A stretch of 64,000 nucleotides of DNA from an uncultured Mycoplasmataceae bacterium (GCA_900544585.1 UQVX01000001.1:261717-325716); one strand, 5' to 3'; shown: positions 12,598 through 27,008, counted from the first letter of the stretch. Translations and numbers: made by a program. Notes: a model not told the origin generated them from the letters alone.

Positions 12598-12631
12598 CAA
12601 AAAAGGTCTTGACCGATTCAAGACCTTTTTT
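12598..12631. terminator. Intrinsic terminator of the arc operon
   Basis: AAAAAGGTCTTGA-CCGAT-TCAAGACCTTTTT. Confidence 0.85.
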
Positions 12632-12656
12632 ATTTTCTTTTTAAATTTTTTATTGA

Positions 12657-13583
12657 CTAAGCAACAATAGCGGTTCCGATTTCGCCCTTTAATGCTTTTT
12701 CAATATCTTTTAAGTCAGCAATGATTGCTTTTTTACCAGGTTTACCTTTAACAAAATTAATTGCAGCTTGAACTTTTGGTAACATGCTTCCTGGAGCAAA
12801 CTGATTTTCACTAATGTATTGTTCCATTTCAGCAACTGTAGCTGTTTCTAACCCTTTTTGGTCAGGTTTACCTCAATTAACATAAACATGGTCAACAGCA
12901 GTTAAAATCACAAACACATCAGCATCGATCTTTTCAGCAATTTTTGCACATGTAAAGTCTTTATCAATAACACCATCTAAACCATAAACGATGCCATCTT
13001 TATTAACAGTAGGAATGCCACCCCCACCACCAACAATAGCAATTACGCCACTATCAATTGATGCTTTAATTGCATTTATACCAACAAAATCAATTGGTTT
13101 TGGACTTGGAACAACAACTCTATAACCACGTCCTGCATCTTCAACAACTGTTGAACCAGGATTAGCAGCTGTTGCTTCTTGTTCAGTTGCATAGAACGGA
13201 CCAACTGGTTTAGTTGGTTTTTGGAATGCAGGGTCATTTGCATCCACATAAGTTAATGTTTCAAAATATGCAACATCTTTCTTAACGTTTAGTTTATTCA
13301 ATTCAGTTTGAATTGCAGCTAACATGTGGTACCCAATGTAACCTTGACTCATTCCACCAGCTTCAGCAAATGGAACATGTGGGGTTTTAGGATTTACTTT
13401 TTTAGCATCAGCAAAAGCATTGAAAATCATCCCAACTTGCGGACCATTACCATGTCCAATTACTACAGTGTGTCCACTAGATGCTAATGATGCAACTTTT
13501 TCTGCTGGAACCTTAACTAATTCTTTTTGTTCAGCTGGGCTATCACCTAGTGCATTACCACCCAATGCAATAACAATTTTCAT
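12657..13583 (-). CDS. arcC: Carbamate kinase
   Basis: IVIALGGNAL, HGNGPQVG, KPVGPFY, GVIDKD, GSMLPKV. Confidence 0.97.
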
Positions 13584-13606
13584 ATATTTATTATCCTAAA
13601 TTTAAA

Positions 13607-14632
13607 TTATTTTAATAATTCTTGAATAATTGCAGCGATTGAAGTTCAACGGTTTCCTGCTTCAACAAATGATCAATTTCATTTTTTATTGCTAAACACT
13701 TCATCAGTTACTTCAATAGCTCCACCTTTAACTTGTGGGTATTTACTTCCGTATAATTCAGCAACTTTTTTACCATATTCAGTATTCATGTCATGGAAAG
13801 CAGGTAAACAGTGCATGAAAATTACATTTTCAGCAGCCATTTTCATCATTTCTGCATCAACTTGGAAAGCATGCATTTCTTCTAAACGTTGACCTCATAA
13901 ATCAAATGATTCACCTAATGATACTCAAACATCAGTTGCAATAACATTTGCATCTTTAGCAGCTTCTTTTTTAGATTCAGTAATAGTGAAGCTACCACCA
14001 TTTTGTTTGTGTAGTTTGTCACAGAATGCTCTAATTTCTGGGTTAATTTCTTTTTCATATGCTTTTGGACCATAGAACACTAAATCCATTCCAGCAAATG
14101 CAGCAGCATACATTCATGAGTGACCCATATTGTTTTTGTAATCACCACAGAAAACAACTTTTAAACCTTTAAAACATCCGAATGCTTCTTTAATAGTTTG
14201 AAGGTCAGCAATTGTTTGTGTTGGGTGTTCTTGGTCAGATAAACCATTAATTAATGGAATACGGCTATTAGCAGCATATGTGTCAATCTTTTCTTGACCA
14301 AATGTTCTAAATAAACAAATGTCATACATTTCAGTAAAAACATTAGCTGTGTCTGCAACTGATTCTTTTGTACCCATATTTGAGCCTGTTGGACCATTAT
14401 AAAAGTTCATCATTCCTAAATAATGAGCTGCACGGGCTGTTGCATTAGCAGTACGTGTAGAATTTTTTTCAAAAATACTAACGATTGATTTACCTTTACA
14501 TGTGTTTGTACAAACACCATTTCTATCGTTTTCTTTAATTTTGATTGATTGGTCAACAAGATACATGATTTCTTCAGTTGTGAAGTTCATTAATGTATCA
14601 AAATGACGCGGACTTTTTAAGTTTCAAGACAT
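13607..14632 (-). CDS. arcB: Ornithine carbamoyltransferase (catabolic)
   Basis: STRT, HPTQ, DVWVSLG, HCLPAFH; lies between arcA and arcC. Confidence 0.93.
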
Positions 14633-14695
14633 TATTAAATTCCTCTAAAATTTTGAAAATAACAAATTAATTTTATATTAATTTTGTAAATGAAA

Positions 14696-15910
<1,215 letters not shown>

Positions 15911-16011
15911 AACGAAAAATCCCTTCAGATTTTAATCAGACATATATTTTAGTTTGGAGTAGTTAATGCTCCACACCCAAAATTATATTACTTTAAAATA
16001 AAAAAGATATG

Positions 16012-16049
16012 AAAAAAATACCTAGTTTTTTCATAAAGAAAACTAGGTA
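16012..16049 (-). terminator. Terminator of tRNA operon
   Basis: TACCTAGTTTT...AAAACTAGGTA inverted repeat with T-run on the minus strand. Confidence 0.75.
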
Positions 16050-16081
16050 AGTTATCTATATATCTTATGACATTTTTAGGA

Positions 16082-16157
16082 TGGTGGTTTCGGGCAGAAT
16101 TGAACTGCCGACACTCGCATTTTCAGTGCGATGCTCTACCGACTGAGCTACGAAACC
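16082..16157 (-). tRNA. tRNA-Phe(GAA)
   Basis: Cloverleaf, anticodon loop CTGAAAA, CCA end. Confidence 0.96.
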
Positions 16158-16158
16158 A

Positions 16159-16234
16159 TGGCGGTCCTGACGAGAATCAAACTCGCGATCTCCTCTGTGA
16201 CAGAGAGGCATGTTAATCACTACACTACAAGACC
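16159..16234 (-). tRNA. tRNA-Asp(GTC)
   Basis: CCTCT-CTGTCAC-AGAGG anticodon arm, G73, CCA. Confidence 0.95.
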
Positions 16235-16237
16235 ATA

Positions 16238-16314
<77 letters not shown>

Positions 16315-16335
16315 ATGTATATGTCACAAGTATAT

Positions 16336-16344
16336 ATTATACCA
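16336..16344 (-). promoter_or_regulatory. Extended -10 promoter internal to the tRNA operon, upstream of tRNA-fMet
   Basis: TGGTATAAT on the minus strand about 20 nt before the tRNA-fMet 5' end. Confidence 0.6.
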
Positions 16345-16365
16345 ATCTTGTGACAAATTTTAAAA

Positions 16366-16458
16366 TGGCGGAAGATGAGGGATTCGAACCCCCGCGTGAG
16401 TTTCCCCACCTCTCGGTTTTCAAGACCGATCCCTTCAACCAGACTTGGGTAATCTTCC
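16366..16458 (-). tRNA. tRNA-Ser(TGA)
   Basis: CTTGAAA loop, long variable arm, CCA. Confidence 0.95.
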
Positions 16459-16465
16459 AGAATAA

Positions 16466-16542
16466 TGGTGCTTCTTACAGGACTCGAACCTGTAACCAAC
16501 CGATTATGAGTCGGGGGCTCTAACCAATTGAGCTAAAGAAGC
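16466..16542 (-). tRNA. tRNA-Ile2(CAT, lysidine type)
   Basis: CCGA-CTCATAA-TCGG arm; position between elongator Met and Ser matches the Firmicute/mollicute operon order. Confidence 0.85.
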
Positions 16543-16547
16543 AGTGA

Positions 16548-16624
16548 TGGTGGCTAGACAGGGATTCGAACTCTGGACCTTCCGGGTATGAACCGAACGC
16601 TCTAACCAACTGAGCTATCTAGCC
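16548..16624 (-). tRNA. Elongator tRNA-Met(CAT)
   Basis: CGG-TTCATAC-CCG arm typical of Firmicute elongator Met. Confidence 0.9.
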
Positions 16625-16628
16625 ATAA

Positions 16629-16705
16629 TGGTCGGGAAGACAGGATTCGAACCTGCGACCCCTTGGTCCCAAACCAAGTGCTCTACCAAGCTAAGCTACT
16701 TCCCG
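16629..16705 (-). tRNA. tRNA-Pro(TGG)
   Basis: CGGGAAG acceptor, TTTGGGA loop. Confidence 0.96.
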
Positions 16706-16708
16706 AAA

Positions 16709-16785
16709 TGGCGCACCCTATAGGAGTCGAACCCATAACCTTCTGGTCCGTAGCCAGACGCTCTATCCAATTGAGCTAAGGATGC
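16709..16785 (-). tRNA. tRNA-Arg(ACG)
   Basis: TCTGG-CTACGGA-CCAGA arm. Confidence 0.95.
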
Positions 16786-16789
16786 TTAA

Positions 16790-16864
16790 TGGAGGTGCCG
16801 ATCAGATTCGAACTGATGTATAAGAAGGTTGCAGCTTCTGACCTTACCACTTGGCTACGGCACC
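16790..16864 (-). tRNA. tRNA-Cys(GCA)
   Basis: CTGCAAC loop, U73, CCA. Confidence 0.94.
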
Positions 16865-17020
16865 ATGGATGACCTATTTATACAAAAAGTACAAATAATG
16901 CAAACGACCACTTAGATATTATAACTAAAAAATTAATTTTGAATATTAACTAATTTCATAAAAAAATAAAACTACCAGAGCGATCTAGTAGTTTCTTTAA
17001 AAAATTAGAGTAAGAAAAAA

Positions 17021-18811
<1,791 letters not shown>

Positions 18812-18888
18812 TTACCTCTTCATAATTAAATTTTTAATTATCAATAACAATAAAAAATAAATAGTTATAAATGAGTATAACACATTTT

Positions 18889-18915
18889 TTAGCACTCTTG
18901 CATCCAATGTGCTAA
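18889..18915 (-). promoter_or_regulatory. CIRCE operator upstream of dnaK
   Basis: TTAGCACTC-N9-ATGTGCTAA, just upstream of an extended -10 (TGTTATACT, 18874-18882). Confidence 0.92.
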
Positions 18916-18956
18916 AAATATTTTTCTTACAATTTAAATTAAATTTTTAAATAAAA

Positions 18957-20069
18957 CTATTTTTGTTCTACTAAATCAATTTGTCCTCCACCTAGACAAA
19001 CTTCATTTTGATAAAGTACACAATATTGACCACAAACAATATTTTTTTGTTTTGGATAAAAAACTTGAATTTTATTACTGTTACTATCAATATAAATTTT
19101 GACATTTTGTAATTCTTGACGATGACGGAACCTAGCTTTAATGTTATTTAAACTTTTGGGTTCGATAATTCAGTTAAAATTATTAACCTCTAAATAATTA
19201 GAGGATAAATATTGGTCTTCTAATGAATTAGGAGCAACATAAATAATTTTATTTTCAAGGTCTTTTTTACAAACGAAATATCGCTCTTTTTGCCCACCTA
19301 AATTTAAGCCTTTTCTTTGCCCAATTGTGTAATACATTGTCCCAATATGTTTACCAATAATATTATTGTTTGTAATATCAATAATATCACCAGGTTGATT
19401 AGGTAAATAATTAGTTAAAAAATTACTAAAATTACGCTCGCCAATAAAGCAAATTCCTGTTGAGTCTTTTTTGTCTGCATTTGGTAATTTAATTTGTGCT
19501 CCAATTTTTCTAACTTCATCCTTAGTTAAATTTTCTAAAGGAAATAAAACTCTAGATAATTGGTGTTGATTTAATGAGCACAAAAAATAAGTTTGATCCT
19601 TATTTTGATCTTTGCACAATTTTAAATAGCTTACATTGTCATGGTGTTCAACTTTAGCATAATGACCCATAGCTATATAGTCACAAGCAAATGTGTTAAT
19701 GGCATAATTTAAAAAAGCATCAAATTTAATGTATTTGTTGCATAGTATATCAGGATTGGGTGTGCGATTTTTTTTAAATTCATTCAAAAAATAACTAAAC
19801 ACATCATCTCAATATTCTTTAATAAATTTTTGGTGGTATAGTTTAATGCCTAAATGATCAGCTACTTTTTTTGCATCCTCATAGTCTAATTGAGCATCAC
19901 ATTTATTTTGGTGATTATCATAATTGGTTTCAAAATTAGCCACACTATCCCAATTTTGCATGAATAAACCAATAACTTCATAACCTTGTTGAATTAATAA
20001 ATAAGCACTAACCGCACTATCTATTCCACCTGATAGGCCAATAACTACTTTTTTAGACTTGTTTTCCAT
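18957..20069 (-). CDS. mnmA: tRNA 2-thiouridine(34) synthase
   Basis: [37 protein letters not shown]. Confidence 0.97.
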
Positions 20070-21498
20070 TTAAACTAAACCTTGATGCAGAGTCAATATG
20101 AACCATCACTAAATCACCTGGTTTAGCATTGCCAATAAAATTTACAACTTTTTGTTGGGGACTATAACCTGTTAAAACATCGGGATTCGTCTTGGATGGA
20201 CCTTCAACTAGGACTTCAACATCTAGTCCAATATATTTTTCATTATTTAATTTTGCATATTTTTTAACTAATTCGTTTAAAGTATTTAAACGAGCTTTTT
20301 TCGTTTCTAAACTAGTGTTGTCAATTAGTTTAGCAGCTGGAGTTCCATCTCTTTTAGAGTAAATAAATGTATAAGCATTATCATATTGTACATTGTTGTA
20401 CAAATTTAAGGTGTTATTAAATTGTTCGTCAGTTTCATTTGGAAAGCCAACAATTAAATCAGTGGAGATTGAGACATAAGGAATCTGTTTTTTGATGTAA
20501 TTTATATATTCTAAATAATCAGCGACTTTCATCTTTCGGTTCATTTTTAATAATATCTCTTCATCACCAGATTGCACTGGCAAATGAATGAATGGCATAA
20601 TATTTTTGTATTTCTTCATCACATCAATAATTTTGTTGTCTCAATCAAATGGGTTAGATGTGGTAAATCTCAACCTTTTAACACCAGTTTCAGCTACATC
20701 TTTTAATAGATCTCAAAATTTATATTCTTGATTTTTAAAATCGCAACCATATGAATTAACATTTTGACCTAACAAAGTTATATCTTTATAACCTTGTTGA
20801 ATTAATTCCTTAATTTCTTTAATAATGTCATCTTTCAATCTACTTCTTACTTTTCCTCTAGTGTAAGGGACTATACAGTATGTGCAAAATTTGTCACAAC
20901 CATACATAATGTTTACTCAAGCTTTTATTTTGGAATCACGAGTAGATGGTAAATTTTCTATTACATCTCCTTCTTTATTTCAAATTTCCACAATTGTTTC
21001 TTTGCTCAATATTGCTTGTTCAATAATTTGAGGCAAACGAAAAATATTGTGTGTTCCTAAAATAAAATCAATATGTTCATGGTTTGTTAGGATTCTTTTT
21101 ACAACAACTTCTTCTTGAGACATACATCCAGCAATACCAAAAATAAAATTTGGATTAGTATATTTAATCTTTTTAAGCATACCAATTTCACCAAAAACTT
21201 TTTCTTCAGCATTTTCTCTCACCGCACAAGTATTTAAAATAACTAAATCGGCCTGATAAATATCATCAACTCATTTGTAACCCAAAAGCTCACAAATCCC
21301 TTTCATTGTTTCTGTATCTCTCAAATTTGATTGACATCCATAGGTTCTGATGTGGTAATTTTTATTATTACCAATGTTTACAACATTAGCAGGAATCTCA
21401 AAAGAATCATTAATGATCTGTGCATCATTTAATCTTTTTCTAGCCTTATTTAAATCAGGCATAAAATACTTATTAAAATCAATTACTCGCTTTTTCAT
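20053..21498 (-). CDS. miaB: tRNA i6A37 methylthiotransferase (radical SAM)
   Basis: UPF0004 Cys motifs TYGCQSN, NTCAVRE, GCMSQ; radical [13 protein letters not shown]-terminal TRAM; continuous in code 4. Confidence 0.95.
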
Positions 21499-21552
21499 AT
21501 CTCTATAATAGTAATATTTTAAAATATGTAATGTGCTAAAATATTTTACTAA

Positions 21553-22512
21553 ATGAAAAAATCAATCATTTCTTCAATCATTGCAGTAAGTTGTGTTAGT
21601 GCTGTAACAGCAGCAGCTGTTTTTCTTCCTGCAGTTGTAGCTAATAATGGATACTCAATCTACACTTTTGACTATACAAAGGCCATTGGTAATAGTGATA
21701 ATTTCAACCTTAAAACTAATTATATGAATGGAATCAATGTAGGGTTGAAAGAAGCAATTTTGGGAACCACAAAGATTAATAATGGTGACTATGTTTTATA
21801 CATTGGTAGTGAGGCATATGGTAACAACCGTAGCTTTTTGTATAAGCAAAGTGATATCAACATTTTTCAAAGTGATCCTTCTAGACCACTAGACACAAGT
21901 GATTTTGGCAACGGATTACAATATTTGAATTCCAATGAATTTAAAGAAGAATACAATAAAAAATACAAAACATTACCAGCTGTTGTTACATATGTTGATT
22001 CACTAACTCTAAATGATTTCACAGCTAGAGATAATTATGAAAACTTAGTGAAAAGTTACAAAAAATTACGAATCACTAATGATGGTTTAAAGCCTGACGA
22101 ACAAAAGTTGAGTGATGCACAATTAAAAGAAAACAAGAAAAAATATGATTGGGCTAATTCAGCTCCAGCTTTTAGTTTTGAGCCTGGCAAAAGTTATATT
22201 GATGTGCAAGGTAACAAAAAGTATTTTCGTGACTCATACCAATCAGGATTGCAATTCAATGAAATCTACAACTTTGTAGTTAATAATTTCAAAGGAGTAA
22301 TTGATATCTCAAGTTCTAATGGAATTGTTTTAGGTTATAGAAAAGGCTCTTTAGCAAGACCATATTCTGGTACATTTACTAGTGGAGATAGTAGTTCATC
22401 TGAATCAAGTGCATCAGTTAGCATGCTTGCTAGATGAACACCAGCAACATCATATAATACACTTTTTGCAGCATGATTAAAACTTGTATTCATTGAAACC
22501 ATTATTAACTAG
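21553..22512 (+). CDS. Hypothetical surface/secreted protein with N-terminal hydrophobic anchor
   Basis: 319 aa in code 4; N-terminal signal/TM segment; Ser-rich stretch near the C-terminus. Confidence 0.75.
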
Positions 22513-22514
22513 CA

Positions 22515-23087
22515 ATGTCTAATAATGAGTTACTAAAAAGATGTCTAGAAGACAATATTCCTATTGTTCGCAAACAAACAAGTGAATTGATATTATCTTT
22601 AATTGACAAAAACAAATCCAATAGCTTGCTAGAAATTGGTACTGCATATGGTTATAGTTGTAGCTTATGACTTAAAATTAATCAATTGCAAAAGATTGTA
22701 AGTTTAGAAAAAAATTTTGATAATTATTCAATTGCAAAAAAATATTTAAATGATGAAAGATTAGAGTTAATTAATATTGATGCCTTTGAATATCATCCCA
22801 TGTATAAGTTTGACATTATATTCCTTGATGGCCCCAAATCACATCAAGAAATTTTGGTGCAAAAATACTTGAACTATTTAAATGAAAATGGGATAATGGT
22901 TATTGATAATTTATACCTCAAAAAGTTTGATAAACTAGCAGTTGATAAACTATCCAAAAACCAACTAAAATTGATTCAAAAAATTGACAAATTTAAATTA
23001 TGATTGCAACAAGGTATAGTTGGATATAAATTTACATTGTATGATATTGATGATGGGGTGGGAGTTCTAGTTAAAAATGCCAACTAA
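22515..23087 (+). CDS. SAM-dependent O-methyltransferase, TrmR/YrrM-like
   Basis: NIPIVR, LLEIGTAYGYS, FDIIFLDGPK, VIDNL, DDGVGV motifs. Confidence 0.85.
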
Positions 23088-23253
23088 AGAACAAAATAAA
23101 AGATATAAAAAAATTCAACAAGACAATGAAAATAGTCTTGTTGAAAAACAAGGAAAAAGCTTGAAAAATTGGCAAAAAATATTGATTATTTTACTTTTGG
23201 TGGCACTTTGTGTTGCTGCAATATTGGTTCTAATTTATTTAGTTATTAAGTAA
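23077..23253 (+). CDS. Small single-TM protein (58 aa)
   Basis: MPTKEQNK...WQKILIILLLVALCVAAILVLIYLVIK*; overlaps the upstream stop and abuts the miaA ATG. Confidence 0.7.
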   Translation: MPTKEQNKRYKKIQQDNENSLVEKQGKSLKNWQKILIILLLVALCVAAILVLIYLVIK

Positions 23254-24162
23254 ATGAAAAAATTAATTGTCATTATCGGGCCTACTGCTAGCAAAAAAAC
23301 TACTCTTGCTCATCAGCTTGCATTAAATATCAATGGTGAAATAATTAATGGTGATGTATTTCAAATGTATAGAGACATAAATGCAGGGGTCAATAAACCA
23401 AATGAACAACAATTACAAGAAGTTAATTATCATCTCCTAAATCAACTAAATGTTCTAGAAAACTATAGTATATTTAACTATCAAAAAGATTTTGAATTAA
23501 CTTATAGAACTATAGATAAAAAAAATAAACCAGTTATTTTGTGCGGTGGTAGTCATTTATATTTAGATGCAATCATCAAAGGATATGATTTATCTAATTC
23601 TGAGATTCAAAAGTATTATGAAATAGTTGATAAATGAAGTGATGATCAATTAATAAAGTATTTACAAAAATATGATCCCATCAGTTTACAAAAAACACTC
23701 AATAATTTTCACCGCATGAAAAGAGCTGTTGCTTATTTAAAAGCAAACAATAATCAACCTAAATACAAATTAGAACAACAAAATAATAAACCTAAATACA
23801 ACACATTGGTTATTATGACCGATAAAGCTAGAGAAGAATTATACAATGATATAAACCATAGATTTGATAGTTTCTTTAAAAATAATGCTTGAATTCATGA
23901 AGTTAAGGAATTAATTAATCAATATGGTGAAAATATAATTAATAGTCAAGCATTTAAAGCAATTGGATACCGTGAAATTGCCCAACATTTAATTAATAAA
24001 TGTTCATTAGATTTAGAAAAAATTAAAACTAAAACTCGCCACCTAGCCAAACATCAACTAACTTGATGTAATAATAAATTCAATAATAAAATCATGTTTA
24101 ACTATGAAAATGATAATTTTGAAGCATTGCTTACTAAAGTAAAAAAATTTCTTTATGACTAA
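23254..24162 (+). CDS. miaA: tRNA dimethylallyltransferase
   Basis: GPTASKKT, DVFQMYR, CGGSHLY, AIGYRE, TRHLAKHQLTW. Confidence 0.93.
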
Positions 24163-25204
24163 ACATCTCTATATTCATATTCCTTTTTGTAACCAGATTT
24201 GTAGTTTCTGTGACTTCAAGCGGATCAAAACTAATGAAAATGAAATTATGAGTAATTATGTTGACCAAATTATTAGACATGTCAAGTATACTAGCCAATA
24301 TAAACAATATAAAACAATTTATTTAGGGGGAGGCACCCCTAATCATTTGCCTGATGATGATTTAGAAAAATTACTTTTAAATTTGCAAATGTATTTAGAT
24401 GATGATTATGAATTTAGTATTGAGTGTAATCCTGATTTAATTACTGATCAGCAAGTAGTAATTTTTAAAAAATGTGGCATCAACCGAGTGTCACTAGGTG
24501 TGCAAACTACTAATGATTTTATTCTTAAAAAAATGCATCGTACGCACACAATAAATGATGTTGTCAAGGCAATAAAAAAACTTCAACATGTTGAAATTAT
24601 GAACATTAATTGTGATTTTATATATGATTTGCCGGGAGTAACAAATGAGGACATCATCACATCAGTAAATTTTATTAAAAATCATAATATTCCTCATGCA
24701 TCATTCTATGCTTTAGAAATTAAAACTAATGCAATCTTAAATAAACAACATTATGTTTTAGATGTTGAAAATCAAGAAGATAAGATGCTATTTCTACAAA
24801 AACTCTTAAAGGATTATGGATACCAACGTTATGAAGTTTCCAATTGAGTTTTAAACAAAAAAGATGTGTGTCAACATAATTTAGCATATTGATTGTCTCA
24901 TGATTGGAAAGCAATTGGCTATGGTGGGTGTGGATTTGAGAATCAAAATAGATATGAAATTTTAGGTAATATCAATAACTTTTATGTTAGTAAATGTGAA
25001 AAATTATCACAATCAGATTACTATTTTCAAATTCTAATGATGGGATTAAGATTAAGTGATGGATTAGATCTAAACCAGGATATTTACTATCAAGCATTTG
25101 ATTTTTATAAAGATAAACTAATCAATTACACAATTGATGATAACAATCATTTAAAAGCTAATAATATTGACTTATTAGATGATATATTAGTCGAATTAAT
25201 TTAG
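24155..25204 (+). CDS. hemW: Radical SAM HemW (HemN-like) protein
   Basis: LYIHIPFCNQICSFCDF, YLGGGTP, YEVSNW, HNLAYW. Confidence 0.9.
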
Positions 25205-25873
25205 TTTTAGATGCAAGCAATCTAATATTTTTTGACAACATTCATCAATTGATAAATTATCTGTACTAATCAAGATTGCATCTTGTGCTTGTTGTAGTGC
25301 TCCAATTGCTCTACTTTTATCCATTGTGTCACGCTTGTGAATTTCTTGTTCCAAATTTTGTAAAGAAATTTCTGGTTTATTTAGTTGCAAATATCTCCGT
25401 CTAGCCCGTTCATGGATTGATGCATCCAAATAAATTTTTAGAGTTGCATTTGGCAAAACCACTGTCCCAATATCGCGGCCATCCATAATTACATTATGAT
25501 TGCTAGCAATCTTTTGTTGGTCAGAAACTAATTTTTTTCTTACATCTTCAAATGTTGAAATTTTAGAAGTGAGTTTAGCAATCTCTTCATTGTAAATAAA
25601 CGGTGTAGCATCAATGCTTTTATCATCAAATTCTACATACACATTATCATTAATTAAATTAATACAAATTTTATTCAAAACAGATTGTCTAGCAACTTGA
25701 CTATCAATATTAATGTTATTGATTTTAAAAAAATATGCTAGAGCTCGATACATTGCCCCTGTGTTGATGTAAACAAAATCTTGTAAATAATTTTTTTGTA
25801 GTTGTTTAGCAATCGTGGATTTACCACTGCCAGCTGGACCATCAATTGCAATTCAAATTAATTTATCTACCAT
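25196..25873 (-). CDS. cmk: Cytidylate kinase
   Basis: IAIDGPAGSGKST, NTGAMYRA, MDGRDIGTVVLP. Confidence 0.97.
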
Positions 25874-25930
25874 AATAAGATATTATAATTACATTATCAT
25901 ATTTTGAATTAAAGTGATTTGGGAAAAATT

Positions 25931-26188
25931 ATGGGAACAAGAGCAACAGTTGATGCGAAAGATTGCATTGCATGTAATACATGTGCAAGTGTTTGCCCTG
26001 TGGATGCTATTGAGGTTAGAGAAGAAGGTTTTGCATTTGCTAATGATAAATGTATTTCATGTGGCGCATGTTGCTTAGTTTGTCCAACTCAATGCATTAG
26101 TATTGAGTCATTAAAAGATTGGTATGAAATGGCAAAAAAATATAATGTTAAATCAATTGTAATTGATGAAATTAGAGATGAAAAATAA
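25931..26188 (+). CDS. 2[4Fe-4S] ferredoxin
   Basis: Two CxxCxxCxxxCP motifs (CIACNTCASVCP, CISCGACCLVCP). Confidence 0.93.
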   Translation: MGTRATVDAKDCIACNTCASVCPVDAIEVREEGFAFANDKCISCGACCLVCPTQCISIESLKDWYEMAKKYNVKSIVIDEIRDEK

Positions 26189-27008
26189 TAATCCTGTTAT
26201 TGAGTTTAAAGATATTCATTTTAGTTACAGTAAAGACACACCTATTTTAAAAGGTGTTACATTTAACATTTACCCTAATGAATATGTTTGCATTATTGGA
26301 CATAATGGTTCTGGAAAATCCACAATTTCTAAGATATTAGCAGGATTGTTAAAACCTCAAAAAGGTGAAATTAAATTATTTGGTGAAACCATTTCAGCAA
26401 GTAATGTTAAACATTTGAGAAACAACATTGGCATTGTTTTTCAAAATCCTGATAATCAATTTGTGGGCCTTACTGTGGAGGATGATATTGCATTTGGTCT
26501 AGAGAATAGAAAAGTACCACCACAAGAGATGCCTAAAATAATTGAGTTAGCTGCTCAGGCTATTGGGATTAAAGATTTGCTAAAGAAAGAACCCAATGAT
26601 TTATCAGGTGGTCAAAAACAAAAAGTTGCAATTGCAGGGATTTTAGCAATTAATCCTGAAGTAATTATTTTTGATGAATCAATATCAATGCTAGATCCAA
26701 AGGGTAAAAGAGAATTAAAGCAACTAATTTTGGATTTAAAAAACAAAACTAAAAAAACAATTATTAGTATTACTCATGATATGGAAGAAGTCATTAATGC
26801 AGACAAAGTTATTATAATTAATGGTGGTATTGTTCACGCAATGGGTACACCGAAAGATGTATTTTTATATCAAGATCAGTTAGAAAAGTTGAAACTAGAC
26901 TACCCTTTCATTTTAAAACTAACTAAAGAATTAAAAACTCAAGGTGTAGATGTGATGCCAACACTAGATGAAAATGAATTTTTAAAATGATGAAAACAAA
27001 AAAAGTAG
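26178..27008 (+). CDS. ecfA1: ECF transporter ATPase A1
   Basis: GHNGSGKST, FQNPDNQF, LSGGQKQ, ITHD. Confidence 0.93.

Noticed and set aside
13607..14632. Putrescine carbamoyltransferase
   Set aside because: Ornithine-type SLG loop and location between arginine deiminase and carbamate kinase
21528..21540. GTGCTAA half-site between miaB and the divergent gene as a third CIRCE
   Set aside because: No matching left arm at 9-nt spacing
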